In this document: in pieces, positions 25,866 through 39,607 of the stretch
How the letters are laid out: each line of letters opens with the position of its first letter
How positions within the stretch are numbered: the first letter of the stretch is position 1
NCBI RefSeq assembly: GCF_006345805.1
Contig: NC_043014.1
Coordinates: 9,982,001 to 10,046,000 of the forward strand
Reading direction: 5' to 3'
Length of the DNA: 64,000 nucleotides
Origin: Octopus sinensis
Taxonomy: Eukaryota
The notes under the pieces: generated by a model
Database searches by the model: none
Told to the model about the DNA's origin: nothing
Seen by the model: the letters and a program-made list of their open reading frames with translations, nothing else
Translations under genes and position numbers: made by a program

Positions 25866-26266
25866 CAGCAAATATAATGATCGTGAAATAGAAATTTGCA
25901 AAATTTGGAGCCTGAAAACTAAAACAATACCTGTTGTTAAAGGTACCCTGGGAATGATAGCAAAATGGGATGATTGCTACCTAGCTCAGATACCAAGAAA
26001 CGCCAAAATGGCAGACATTCAAAAGATAGTGCTAAAGGGAACTGTTCATATCCTACGCAAAATACTCTCTATGTAATCAGAAGTTCTAAAACAAACATAA
26101 TTTTCTTATGGTTTCTTAAACATTCTCTAGAACATTATTTTCAAAACTAAATATATGGCCCCCTAGGCATAACACCAACATGAATTTCAAACTTGTTGTC
26201 TCTTGCGGTCTCTGGGTGAACCTTGGAGTCAACTTGTACAAATGTAAAGCAAAAGTCAAACATAAG

Positions 26267-26329
<63 letters not shown>

Positions 26330-26651
26330 GAAATGGAGAAACTTTCAAAATACAAAGACCTGGAAATAGGGGTAACCAGAATGTGGAATCTAAAAACAGA
26401 AACAATTCCTATCATAGTAGGTGCATTAGGCATGATAAAAAAATATTCAGACAAATACATAACAAAAACACCAGGACTTACAAACACATATAACATACAG
26501 AAAATTGCACTACTCGGCACTGCACACATCCTACGCAGAACACTTTCAATACAGTGACCATCAGAGCATCACAACAAATCACAGCACATACCCAAGGCAC
26601 ACAGAGCTGCGCTCGGTAGTGAAGTGAAAGCACGCTATAAAAATAAAACTA

Positions 26652-26712
<61 letters not shown>

Positions 26713-27770
26713 GGCAAAATCAAAGGTATGGATACACTAACGATAACGTCGGGGGAGGTTATGAAACAAATAGAAGAGACGGGCTATAAGTACTTAGGGA
26801 TTTGGGAAATGGATAAATTGATGGAGAAAGAAATGACAGAAGAATTTAAGTTGGAGTACTTGCCACAGAACCGCTATTATTAGAAGTATGAATGTCAGGC
26901 TTGTGTGGGATGAAAGATTGCAAAGATAAAGAACTATACGAGAAATTGAAAACGAATGAAACTGAAAATAGGTGGGTAAAGAGAAGAATGGATGGTCAAT
27001 TTGATAAGAATGTTGAAGATAAGACAGATAGAGAAAAAAGATGGCTGTGTATAAACTAAATGCAAGCACTAAGAACAGGCTAGATAAAATACAGAATAGA
27101 CAGCACATCAGAAAGAGATATGTGCAGAATCTGTGGACAAAACGGTGAAGTCAAATGGCATATTACCAGCCAATGTATGCCAATAGCCCAGAAGGAATAT
27201 AAGAGTCGCTACGTCAATATAGCCAGGCTTGTCCATTGGACACTTTGCAATGAGTATGGGCTCCACAGAGCAAAAAATTGGTAGGACCACAAAGCTGAAG
27301 TCATTGTCGAAAATAGAAATGCAAAGATACTATGGGATTTTATGATTCAGTGCGACCATGAGATTGAGAATAGGAAGCCAGACATAGTCTTAATTGAGAA
27401 AGAAAACAAACTATGCGGGATCATAGATATAGCATGCCCAGCTGACAACAAGGTATGCGATAAGGAAGAAAAAAAGTCGATATATATGACAGGTTAGCTT
27501 GGGAAGCTAAGAAATTGTGGTCGATGAAAAAGGTAGCGGTAGTACCAATAATTGTTGGATCCCTGGGAGCAGTGAGCAAAAATATAAAGTACGTGGAACA
27601 AATAGGGGCTGCAATAAGGGTGGAGCACATGCAGAAAACAGCACTGCTTGGAACCGCTCGAAAAGGAAGGTGGTCGAAAAAATAAGGTGTGTTACCTTAG
27701 TTCATTCGTAGGGAACAGCTGACACCGGAGTACATCTCCAGCGTTAGAAGCTGTGCAAAGGCAATAAATA
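25865..27770 (+). mobile_element. Cluster of three R4/Dong-like fragments (25865-26268, 26325-26655, 26712-27770) separated by (AAT)n
   Basis: TIPVVKGTLGMI..IQKIVLKGTVHILRK; EKLSKYKDLE..LGTAHILRR; CRICGQ..HITSQC, ILWDFMIQCD, RKPDIV..IIDIACP. Confidence 0.85.
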
Positions 27771-27836
27771 ACAACAATAATAATAATAAGCAACAATAAT
27801 TTTTGGGCTATCAGTAATGCATTAATTCGAACTGTT

Positions 27837-27877
<41 letters not shown>

Positions 27878-27887
27878 TATATATATA

Positions 27888-28124
27888 TGCCCTTTTCAAG
27901 CCTAGCCAGGTTCATGGGCCAGGTTTCTATGGCGTGTGTGTTCCCCAGCTGGACGGGACGTCAGTCCATCGCAGCGTTACTCATTTTTGCCAACTGAGTG
28001 GACTGGAGAACGTGAAATGAAGTGTTTTGCTCAAGAACACAACGCGTCGCTCGGCTCAGGAATCGAAACCACAATCTTACGATCATGGTGCTGACACCCT
28101 AATCACTAAGCCACGCGCCTCCAC
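27888..28124 (-). mobile_element. SINE family C
   Basis: Reverse complement of the family C consensus. Confidence 0.85.
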
Positions 28125-28733
28125 GTTTATATATTATGAAACTGCATGCATATCGCTTTATTAACTTTCCAAACAGTGTAGCATACTGAGATGTCACGGA
28201 GCGCTGAGATTCAAGTACTTAACTCTAATCTTATATATATATATATATATACATCCACATGCACATCAGCATATGTATGTGTGTGTATGTGTTCGTCTGT
28301 TCATGTGCGAGTGTATATGTGTGTGTTGGTGGGAGTAAAGGTGCGCGTGTAAGTGAATGCTTAGATAATTATTTTAAACTTTCGAAATCATGACCACTTA
28401 TATAATGCATGGAGATGATGCACTTATAACGTTAAATAAAAGTTTTTCAATGGTGTTATACTTATTTGTACAAGTAGCAGAAATAAGTTGAAATGACGAT
28501 GCACAAGTGTCTGAACTTAGAGGCACTCAATGAATTGTCGATGAAACTTCGATGCTGTGCAGATGAAAATGAATAATGTTTGAAGTATGAAAAAAATTCA
28601 CATTGCCTCCATATTGATATGTTCGAGGACTTTCGTTAGTTTCGTGGAAGTGAATTGAGACAACATTTCTACTAGAGCTGAATTTACTATTATGCGTCTG
28701 CAACAGATGTGTAGATATACACACATGCCTATG

Positions 28734-28774
<41 letters not shown>

Positions 28775-28904
28775 CATTATATAGAGGGTACTACTATTCA
28801 TAGATACCGCACGCTAGGAGGGACCCTTGAGGTCAAAACTACTAAAATAAACAAATTGTACCGAATGCAAAACTTCAAAGCAAGTCACTTAAAAAAAGAA
28901 TTTA

Positions 28905-28968
28905 GTTACATATCACCTGTGATTTCGCAATTAATGCAGAATATGCATTCTATGCTCATCAGTGCAAC
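28905..28968 (-). ncRNA. Type I hammerhead ribozyme
   Basis: Minus strand: GTTGCA CTGATGA GCAtagAATGCA-tattc-TGCATTaatTGC GAAA TCAC-ag-GTGA TA TGTAAC. Confidence 0.8.
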
Positions 28969-29093
28969 AAACTCAATACATATAAGGCAAAACATAACTA
29001 CTGATAATTTCTTATAAAGATTTTGTCCTCAATTTTAAATTTATATATATATATATATATATATATGATATGTGACAATTATGCGGTAGCCAT

Positions 29094-29154
29094 GATAAAA
29101 CTCCGAGTTTCGGATGTCGGGGCGGAAACCCAAGCCGCTATCTCTTCAGTTATC
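29094..29154 (-). ncRNA. Type I hammerhead ribozyme (same family as 23833)
   Basis: Minus strand: GATAA CTGAAGA GATAG..CATCC GAAA CTCGGAG TT TTATC. Confidence 0.65.
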
Positions 29155-29394
29155 CGGCCATCTAGTAATTATATAGTTTATTATTCCTTATGGAAGGAAA
29201 CACTGATTTGGTTAAGATTTTTTTACAGATCTATATTTAAGCATTTTAAGAAATATAATAAAATAATTAATAATAAAATAAGTTTTCCATCATTTAGAAC
29301 TTTGTTTCGGAGTATTTCTTCATTTAATAATAAAGGATTAGACAGATTACAATGATAGAAATAATAATCCTATTAACGAATTTTCTATCTAGAA

Positions 29395-29790
29395 CTTGTT
29401 GTTGCAAATTGACAGATAAACGTTGTATTAATAAGTTGTGTTTGCAAAATGATATTGTATATAGAGGTAGGGCTAAACAGGAAAAGAAAAAGATTATTGC
29501 TACATTGGATAAATGGAACATTATATTTAAAATGGAATCGCAAACCACGAGTATACTTTTAGGAATGGGGATAGTTTTAACAGTATTTGTTTGAGTCAGC
29601 CCATTTGGAAATTAAACATTGATTGGAAAACACCTAGTCTTGCTTGGTCGTACAAAAACAATGTTGCTAGATGTAACCTATGTGTAGATGAATTATATCG
29701 GATCTTAACATCTAAGAAGAAATTATTTAATGAAAGTCGCGAGCGCTTTGCGCATTCTATCATAGACAGACTATTTGAAATATACGCTTA
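29395..29790 (+). pseudogene. Penelope-like GIY-YIG endonuclease remnant
   Basis: CLQNDIVY..YCYIG..IANHEYTF..LSQPIWKL..IDWK..SY..CNLCVDE..LFNESRE read across frames and stops. Confidence 0.6.
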
Positions 29791-29831
29791 GAAAATATTA
29801 AGTGCGTATATATATATGTACATGTATGTCT

Positions 29832-29905
<74 letters not shown>

Positions 29906-29906
29906 T

Positions 29907-29953
<47 letters not shown>

Positions 29954-31023
29954 TCTTTGTATTTCTACATAATGCTGTATACCTGTCTTTATGTATATTT
30001 ATATATCTACACGTATATGCAATTTATAGATTATATAATATATATATATGTATGAGTATGTGCATCTATGTATGTGTATATGTTTATATATGTATGCTTA
30101 TATATGTATGTTTGTGTATGTATGTATATATACTGGTATATATGTATACATGCATGTGCATGTACATATATTTATATATGTACTAGCTGAATTGCCCGGC
30201 GTTGCTCGGGGCTGAATTGCTTGAAAGTACTGTTAATGATTGCACTGAATTATGATGATTATTCAGGCAAATATTGATATAAGTTCACGGCGAATGAATG
30301 TATTTGTAAGTGTATAGAAAGCCATGTAAAGGTGTTCCTACCCCCTCGTAGAATGGTGTAAGAATTGAATGTGAGGTTGCCTTGAAATGAGCCATGTTAT
30401 TGTTCTCATAATTGTAAGAATTTGATAGTCGTGGAAGGCGATGTAAAACGTTCGCAGGTGAATAGGGTCTCTTCGTTTTGCACGAACGGCAGCGGATGTG
30501 CTGTTACAAAACTTGATGCTGTGTTAAAAGAGAGTGGATTTCATATGTAGGCAAGAGAGGAATGAAGCATGGGTAAGTAAATATGTGTAATTTATAAAAT
30601 ATAGAACAATAGCATCTACTCACCATATGTCAGACCGGCAAGACTGTAGTGGTGGTGATTAGGTGAATCACAATACAGTGGTGGAGATGTTTTCATTGAT
30701 GGGCGTTTTGATTAAATTTGTTGTTGTATAAAATGATCTGTTGATTAGTTTCGAAAGTGTATGTTGCGATCGTGTTGTCGCTCATGTAAACTTTAACAAT
30801 GAGAGTGTAGATGTAGGGGGTAGATGTGTCATGTACGTTGGATATAGAAGATGAGGCTGGTGGTTTGATGATGAATGGATAGAAATAGAGTTGAGCGAAG
30901 GACAGGTGTTGGTTAAGTGTGAATTAATGTAATGAAACGCCTAGAAATGTAAATGCCGTCATAAAAGAGAGTCGTATGTAAGTGAAATACTAACGTGTTT
31001 GAAAATGATGAAACGTAGTAATC

Positions 31024-34000
31024 CTATAAAACCTCCTTGTACACAATGTTTTTTGTTTTTCGTTGTGGAAGGAATGCGAAAGCATCACTGTTGCTGCCGA
31101 CACGTGAGCAGCCAACATAAAGCTGACCATGAGAGAAACATGGCTCTCCCAAATGTATTCCTGCCACAGACAGTGTTTGACCCTGCGCTTTGTTAATTGA
31201 CATTGCGAAACATGGCCTTACTGGGAACTGGGACCTCCGAAATATGAAAGGTAGGTCTGCTCCTGATGGGAAAAGATGCATCCTAGGTATGAGCACAACG
31301 TTGCCTCGACCGCACCCTGTGATAATGGTGGCCTCAATCAGATTGGGAGATAAGGACTTAACGATCAAACGTGTGCCATTACATTGTTTTGGGGGAACCA
31401 AATTTCTAATGAGCATTATAGGGGCACCAACTTTAAGTTTGAGAATGTGTGGTGGTAGTCCGGGGGGCTCAAAGGAATTGAGTACCTCTATTGGATAATT
31501 GATGACGTCGTCTGGGTCAGGAGTTGTATCAATAGACTTATATACATAGACATCTCCAGGAATGAGTTTTAGCATTTCATCATTAATATGGTGAACAGTT
31601 TTATTCCTCGGGGCCAGAATAGCCCTTTGGCCAATCCAATCCATATTCTGATAATTAGCTTGTAGATCTGGGAAGACTGCATCTCTGAGATCAGAAGGCG
31701 TGTTAACAATGGTACAAATGGAATCGATGGCAATATTACCATTTTCATCCCCTGGTATTTTGCCTTCGCCAAGTGCAAGGAGGGTGTGAGAAAATGCTGC
31801 TGATGTGATATCACGTCGCATATGAGCACGCATATTGGTGTGAAGTTTGAGAGTCTTCACCAGTGGCCACAATGTGGATGACTTAAGACACGCACTTACA
31901 GCATCAGCTCTAGTCCCTTTGGGAATAACGGGAAGTGTTTGTCGGAAGTGCCCTGAAAGAAGAAGTGTTATGCCTCCCATGGGAGCTGAAGAGTGTTTGA
32001 TGTCTCTGAGAGATCTATCTAGTGCCTCAAGAGCACCTCTGTGGGCCATCGTGCATTCATCCCAAACGATAAGCTTGCATCGTCTGAAGACTTCTGCCTG
32101 ATCGGAGCTGTTACTGATGTTGCAAGTTGGTGTCTCAGTCTTCGCTAAGTCAAGTGGGAGTTTGAAAGTAGAGTGAGCTGTCCTGCCGCCTGGCAACAAA
32201 GTAGCCGCAATTCCAGATGATGCCACAGCTAGGGCAATGCCTTGTGTTCGCCTAATCTCAGCCAATATTAATTTGTTGACAAAAGTTTTCCCAGTGCCCC
32301 CAGGAGCGTCCAGGAAAAAAATGTCCCCAGCTTTGGCCCGGACTGAATTAACATCGGAGTTGTAAGCGAACTTCTGTTCTGGAATGAGCTTTGGCTCATT
32401 GTCGGCTATGTACTCGGCAAGCTCGTCAACATTAAAACATGTCTCACGCAGCAAATGTGAAGACAGAGTGTTTGTGCCTTCCCGGTTTGTTGAAGGTAGG
32501 CCATAGACCGGCAAGGCACTACCGCCCATATCGAGTACAGTATCTTCGATTTCAAGCAGCGCCCTGTTGTAAATGAGGTCAGTGTACCCGACCTCCATTG
32601 ATGGATGTAGCGATTGAGCGTGATGCAGGAAATCTTCAGACATATCATCTTTGTAGGTAAGCCATAAAGAGGCGGGATTAGCCAAGTCACACCATAGTAA
32701 TAGAATAGCGAAAAGCGATCTTATTTTTTTAGGAGATTTTAATGAAACACCTTCTGCCATAGTGGCGCCCCATTGTGAATCATCCTCCAAAAGTCGACGC
32801 CGAAAACAGGCTTCACGGAAAGTATCACATAATACACCATCAACAGTTCTGATGTCTTGAAAACTTTGTGGGCCTAAAACCTCATGGAGGAGAAGGCGCA
32901 GGTGAAAACAGTCATGTTGGTTTGGAGGTACAGTGTATACTCTTCCTAGACAACTGTTAAACTTGACACCAGGATGTCCTTCAACATCCTGACCCGACTT
33001 CCTACGCACCCAATTGTTGTTTGACCACACGTAGTAGGACGGGACCTGAGGGTATAAAAGTGTTTTAGCAAATGTGTCAAGTTGGCAAAGCCTAAAGAAA
33101 CCGGTCAAAGTTGTTTGTTTTGGATTTGCCGCCAAATCAGCTGCAGTCTGTTCAGTAAAGTAAGTTCGTTGGCCATTTTCCAATGAACCGCTAGTTGTAT
33201 GATGGCGGGGTGCCTTTGGTGAAGTGGAAACCCGAATATCCGCCAAAAAGCTTCACCACTGCTTATGTACCGACCTGCCATGTACTGTGACACCTCGTCC
33301 ATGCTATTGTCCTTTTGAAGGCCAAACATGGCAGCGTCAGAACCCTTGTTAACATATTTGCATATATACTTTATAGACTTGACTGAATGACAGAACTCCA
33401 CATTTATGTGAGCGTTAAAAGTTTTCATCAGAAATGGACAGTACGGCACTACCCACCTATTATCCACTTGATGACCCCGTAACGTTATAGTGAATCCACC
33501 ATTGTCAGGGTGCCTTCTTCTGTACAGTGGGTATCCGTCGCGGCCGGTCTGGGTCTCGTCCACGAACCTCTTTGGGTACCGTTTAGTGCACACGTGGTCT
33601 TTGTGGCATGAGGAGAACTTTTGAAAACCAGGACCGCACGGACCGTGTACCATGTGTGCCTTCACAATGTCGTACAGGTGCCGGTCAACAGTTGGGTCCG
33701 GAATTTCTGCTGCAATGAGATCATCAAGAACTGTTGGGTCTATTTTGTTGACCAACCAAAGCAAAATGTGCGCATGTGGCAACCCTCTTTTCTGCCACTC
33801 AACAGTATACATGTAGCAGTTAACAGGCCCAAAAACCTGGCCTTTTTTTATTAAAAGAATGAGCTTAGCCAGTTTCTGCCTGAAAACCCTTGCAATAATA
33901 TCATGGCGATGACAGTACTGCTGCCCTGGGAGAAGTTCTCGCGTTACCTCAACCCACTTTGGGTTACATGTAAAGGTAATGAATAAATCGGGTCGCCCAT

Positions 34001-35743
34001 AATGCCGAACGTAAGTCATAGCGTCTTGTGTTCGCTCGTGCATGTACCGTGGGCCCCCTGTATAGTTTGAGGGGAGAATGCACATTTTGCCGATATTGCG
34101 GGCGTCAGTGTCATTCCTGATGCCATCACGCAAATGGATGTAGGAGTCTGAGCGCAGCTGCTTCTGATTCAATTTGATGAAGCCCAGTCTCTCGGACTCC
34201 ATCTTTGCAGCCATGTCAACTGCAAACTGGTGAAACAGTTGCCGTGATCTGTGCAGGGGGTTGAAATCATTATGCCTTGTCATGAAGCGGTATGAGTAAA
34301 AAGCCATACATGAAACAGTTTTAGATGTCGCAGCCGAGGGCTCGTTTGTTTGTGGTGAGGAATGCCGAAATGGTACCCGTCTTCTCCATAGGGAAAAAGA
34401 AGGGGATACTGCAGGGCGTCATATGACCGATGCGTCTCATTAATACGCTGAAGACCACTGTCGCGGCTTTGAAGAACTATGTCCCGCTGCTTGTGCTGTT
34501 CACCATGGAGAACTATGGCCACTTCATTGCACGAAGGAGCGTTATATCGCCGCGCGTGCTCCCCAGAAGGCCTTTTGTCAGCATCGATGACAATGGTGAA
34601 TGTTGGTGAAGGGGCTGTTTCCAAGGCGTATTTGAAACTGCGAATATAGCTGTTGTGGTCATGAAGCATGTTTTGCAGAGTGAGCAGCACGTCCCTGTCG
34701 AAATTGTCAGCGTTAGTGTTTGCATGTTGTGGAATTACGTCGAAACGCAAATCAAGTTGCCTATTATAATTTGTAATAAAATAAATTTGAATGAACGAAG
34801 GTTTGCAATTTTGTAGTGGCTGGAGTGACCCAATAATGTGGTACACCTGGCCCTGGACCTTGAAAGTAGGCATCCAACCAGTTTCTCTGACAACGTTAGC
34901 CCCGAAAGAAGTCATCTGAAATGCACAATTGTATTTCCTGATGAGTTGAAGGAATTTTGATGACCTTGATGTGGAACCAGTAAGTAATTCCTTCAAAGGG
35001 TCTGGCAGCTCCCGAAGAGGGGGCAAGCTGACCTTACCGTTTAAGCAGCACATCGCAGGTGGTTCCCCAGCCCACTTTTTAGCATTGCAGAATTGGCAAT
35101 TGAAGAACATTTCCCCAATATTTATGTCAGCGTGCATCGAGTAATTGAAGTTGGGCTCATACTTGAAAGCACGTAGATGCCAGTAAGGTCTGTTTGGACT
35201 CGTCAGACCGCGGCGTCGACTGTTCCGCTGGAATGTAGAACGTTGCTGGTCTGAGTCGTGGTAATGTGTCGAAAATGTTGAAGCAGCAGTAGCCGCAGCG
35301 TTTGTAGCCAGTCGAGTGGCCCTTTGTTGTGAGTCCTCTGAAGCCCTTTGTGCAGCAACAGCAGAAGCCTTTATGGCGCTGCGCTTCGACCTTGTTTCCG
35401 GACCGTCTGAAGCCGTGGAAGCAGCATCGTATGAAGCAACCGCAGCGTTTGTAGCCAGTCGAGTGGCCCTTTGTTGTGGGTCCTCTGAAGCCCTTTGTGC
35501 AGCAACAGCAGAAGCGTTTATGGCGTTGCGCTTCGACCTTGTTTCCGGACCGTCTGAAGCCGTGGATGCAGCATCGTATGAAGCAACCGCAGCGTTTGTA
35601 GCCAGTCGAGTGGCCCTTTGTTGTGGGTCCTCTGAAGCCCTTTGTGCAGCAACAGCAGAAGCGTTTATGGCGCTGCGGTTCGCCTTTTTCGCAGCTGCTG
35701 CTGCAGTATGGCGGCCGATGTGACTTCTCTTTTTCGGTGGCAT
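31024..35743 (-). CDS. Helitron RepHel (HUH Rep plus PIF1-family SF1 helicase), about 1570 aa, split into three ORFs by two 1-nt frameshifts
   Basis: Zn motif CQFCNAKKW..MCCLNG. Rep motifs PDLFITFTCNPKW, VEWQKRGLPHAHILLW and KYICKYVNKG. Helicase motifs DAPGGTGKT, IVWDE, GHFRQTLP, FAMSINKAQGQT and HGQLYVGCSRV. Confidence 0.95.
35295..35675 (-). repeat. About 2.6 copies of a 147-bp (49-aa) coding tandem repeat in the RepHel N-terminus
   Basis: gtagccagtcgagtggccctttgttg recurs at 35304, 35451 and 35598. Confidence 0.9.
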
Positions 35744-36213
35744 TTTATGTGAAAAAGAAAGGGTGAAAGTTACTTAAAGATAGAAATTGTAATTTGAATG
35801 AAATGTGGAAAAATGTAAAGCGTGGAAGGAAAACAAATAAATATTAGCAGCTGAAAGAAATTTTTTATGCAAGTATAGCGACAGAGTGTGTAAAATGTAT
35901 AGAAATTTGAGTTAAAAGCCAGAAAAGAAAGTTAGATTTGCAATAAAGGAAGTAGTTTACGTACATGTTCGAAATGTGAAGTGTTTTAGTTGTTTAATCA
36001 AGTATTTGCGTAAAGTGTATAGAAACGTAAATTGAAAAAAGAAAATGAATTGAAATTTTTTAAAGAAAGGAATTTGTTTACATACATGTGTGAAATGGCA
36101 AATGTTTGTGCAGTTGTCCGAAATGGAATCCAGGGTAAATGTGTGGAACTGATGTATTATAATAGGGATCTTCTCGCCAAAATGGATGACCAGTCTGAAT
36201 GGCTCACCCCTGT

Positions 36214-36248
<35 letters not shown>

Positions 36249-37559
36249 ACAGACACACACGCACAGACACACGCACACACACACAGACACACACACACGT
36301 TAGCTTACAATGTCTGTCAACAATTGACACTGTCGTATATATTAGCGTGTCTATGTGTCTAAAGAGGAAGTTGGAGTAATAGGCAGAGTAAAGGCTTCAA
36401 AGTAAAATGTTAAAATATTGAGTTTTCTCGAATTTTGTCTTAATTGGGGGTGAAATTGAAAGAAATTTTGTATGGCATGAACCAATGAAAGTTCTTTGAA
36501 AAATCATAGGTAAAGTGTAATTGAAGAAATAAAGTGTAATTGAAGAAATTGTGTGAGGAGTAAATCATTATGTATTTATTTGTTTCTGTTTGCTGCTTTC
36601 TTTTTAAATATTACATCTAGTTTCACTTTATTCGTTGCACACTGTGTGTGTGCGTTTGCGTGTGCTGTAAACCAGACTAAGAAAAGCATTTGACACACAC
36701 ACCAGAATGTGAGTTTTCTGTAAATTTTGCTTAATTGGAGTTTAAATTTTAAAAACTGGAGCTGGCATGACGCGATGCATTGTACTCTTAAAAATGCTAG
36801 GTAAATTGTAATTGAAGAAATCCTATATTGTAGATTTGTATAATTCCCAAAGGGAGGCAGATAAAATCTGCCTTTTATAATAAGAGATATATGTAAGTGT
36901 ATGTGTGGGTGTATAATGTATATATATATATATATATATAAGTTTATATACATGTGTATGTGTGTATATATGTATGCGTATAGTATGCATATCAGTGTAT
37001 ATATTTATATATATTTATGTATGGTCATTAATATGTACATGTGAACGTATGTACGTGTGTATGTATATGTAAACATAAATATATACATATGTATGCGGGT
37101 GTCTTTGCATTTATTTTGTACACATGTTTATATCATAATGGATAAGTAAAGTATAAAATGTATCAATAAACATACCTTGATAACATTACTAAACGAAATT
37201 ACGTTTACTTATTTATTATGAAGAACCATTTACAAGTTGCTTATTCTAATCCAATTATATTGATTGACGAAAAATAAGGTCTTATTTTTAATACCTAATA
37301 AGTCTCTTGTATTGAGACAAAAATGTTTGTTATTTGAAATTTTTAAATCGTATTATAACGTGGACATATCAGAAAAAATATTTAGTGGATTAATTCATAA
37401 TATTTCTTAATATGTTCCAGTGAGAATATTGGTATTGAATGTAAGATATTTCATTATAATCGTAGTTAAGTACTAATTATAAATTTAAAGTAAGCGAGCT
37501 TTCTTATACTAAATAATTATACATTATAAATTGATTAATTAATTAATTAATTAATTATG

Positions 37560-37598
<39 letters not shown>

Positions 37599-37994
37599 GT
37601 AAAAATAAATGAATAATTTTATATAATGCCATATTGTGATCAAAGACATCTATTTCCAAGTACATATTTCCGGCTTTTTTTTCTTATATAGCTACTTTAT
37701 ATAAATATATATACTTTGACTTACAAAGATATACTTTTATCGCTGACGAACTAAGTAATTTGGTATTTATTCCAGGAATAATGTTTATGCAAATATGAAT
37801 AAGAAGATTAAATATGAATAAGAAGATAAAAATAATTATTACACAAAAAAATATTTTTGAATAATCGAAAGTATATATATTAATTGATATACAATCTAAG
37901 TTCAATAACTTTAATATTTCTTATAATATTGTGTAGTTTAGAGCTTCTAGACATATTGCAATAATCTAATTTTGTTCTCAAAGACTAAGTGAAA

Positions 37995-38033
<39 letters not shown>

Positions 38034-38117
38034 CTATAACACACTTCCCGAGTGTTGTACTAATACATCTGTTTGTGTCTTCGTCTTTTGTGAATTCTCC
38101 CCCTCTCTCTCTCTCTC

Positions 38118-38185
<68 letters not shown>

Positions 38186-38194
38186 TCTTTAGTA

Positions 38195-38562
38195 TTCTAC
38201 TTGTTTCACTCATTTGACTGTGGCCATGCTGGAGCACCACCTTTTAGTCGAGCAAATCGAGCCAGGACTTATTCTTTGTAAGCCTAGTACTTACTCTATC
38301 AGTCTCTTTTGCCGAACACCAGCATCGGTTGTCAAGCGATGTTGGGGGGACAAACTCAGACACACAAACATATACACATACATATATAGATATACATATA
38401 TACGACGGGCTTATTTCCGTTTCCGTCTACCAAATCTACTCACAAGGCCTTGGTCGGCCCGAGGCTATAGAAGACACTTGTCCAAGGTGCCACGCAGTGG
38501 GACTGAACCCGGAACCATGTGGTTCGTAAGCAAGCTACTTACCACACAGCCACTCCTGCGCC
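38195..38562 (-). mobile_element. SINE family D
   Basis: Reverse complement of family D. Confidence 0.85.
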
Positions 38563-38565
38563 TAC

Positions 38566-38615
<50 letters not shown>

Positions 38616-39422
38616 ATTATATATTATCTCTTTATCTAAGAAATAATATAGATTATAATTATTCCAGGGCTATGTTTTTCTATTATATTTTTTAACTTAC
38701 AGATTTCTCCGTTTGATAAAGAACGTAAATAAGCACCATTATTTCATAGTAAATTTGAATTTTATTTATATGAATAACAATAAATAAATGATAGAAATAT
38801 TAAAATTACTAAGTCTCTCTAAAGGAGATTACGGCAGCGTTACTGGATATTAATAGTTATCGCCAAACTAATATGGTAGTCGAGTAATTTTAATATTTCT
38901 ATTATTGAAAACAAGTGGATGTATTCCACTGAAATTAGGTAAATAAAATCTTCGAACAGACGAACTGGAGCAGACGAACTGAAGCAACGTGAAATAAAGT
39001 GTCTTGCTCAAGAACGCAACACGCAGCCCGCTCTGGGATTCGAACTCAGAACCTCACGGTCGAACGTTCAGCGCTCTCGTTCTTAAATATAGGTGTTTTG
39101 AATCTGTATTATGCAATCTGACAGAATATATTAATTCTTTCCGTTTCCTTGCCTACTGTTATTTCTCTGCTATTTTGGTGCTTTACGGTGGTTTAATTAA
39201 GACATTAGCTCTTATTTCTAGCAGGTTGCTACTTTTCTGCATCCTTACGCTTCGTACCAATTTGTATATTATAGCTTAAGAATGCTATTTTCTTGCGAAC
39301 CAACTATGTTACTACTGTTGATATTATTAATTTGAAATTTCATCCATCGACGATATTAACAGTAGTGACATCTTATTTCAAACGTTAGTGTTTGAATATT
39401 TTGTATGTATATATTTATATAT

Positions 39423-39607
39423 ATAGGAAAAAAGCAACAAGAATGGATTAAAATCTTGGTACAACTGTTTCGTACGAGGACATCTTTAATAAGCTACAAA
39501 CAATGCTACAAAAAATGCAGCTTATAAGCTTTGTAGCTTATTAAAGATGTTCTCGTACAAAACAATTGTACCGAGATTTTAATCCATTCTTGTTGCTTTT
39601 TTCCTAT
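39423..39607. repeat. Near-perfect palindrome with 78-bp arms, related to the 9275-9582 element
   Basis: Arms 39423-39500 and 39530-39607. The sequence 39555-39720 is homologous to 9425-9580. Confidence 0.85.

Larger units (their letters stand above)
30183..36887 (-). mobile_element. Autonomous-type Helitron (6.7 kb)
   Basis: 5' A|TC at 36887; 3' hairpin CCCGAGCAACGCCGGG, then CTAG|T at 30183; no TSD; encodes Rep-Helicase. Confidence 0.95.

Noticed and set aside
35295-35675. Regular repeats suggestive of a CRISPR-like array
   Set aside because: Contiguous in-frame 147-bp coding repeats without unique spacers, in a eukaryotic Helitron.
31190-35723. Plus-strand ORFs overlapping the Helitron gene
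   Set aside because: Antisense shadows of the RepHel reading frame.
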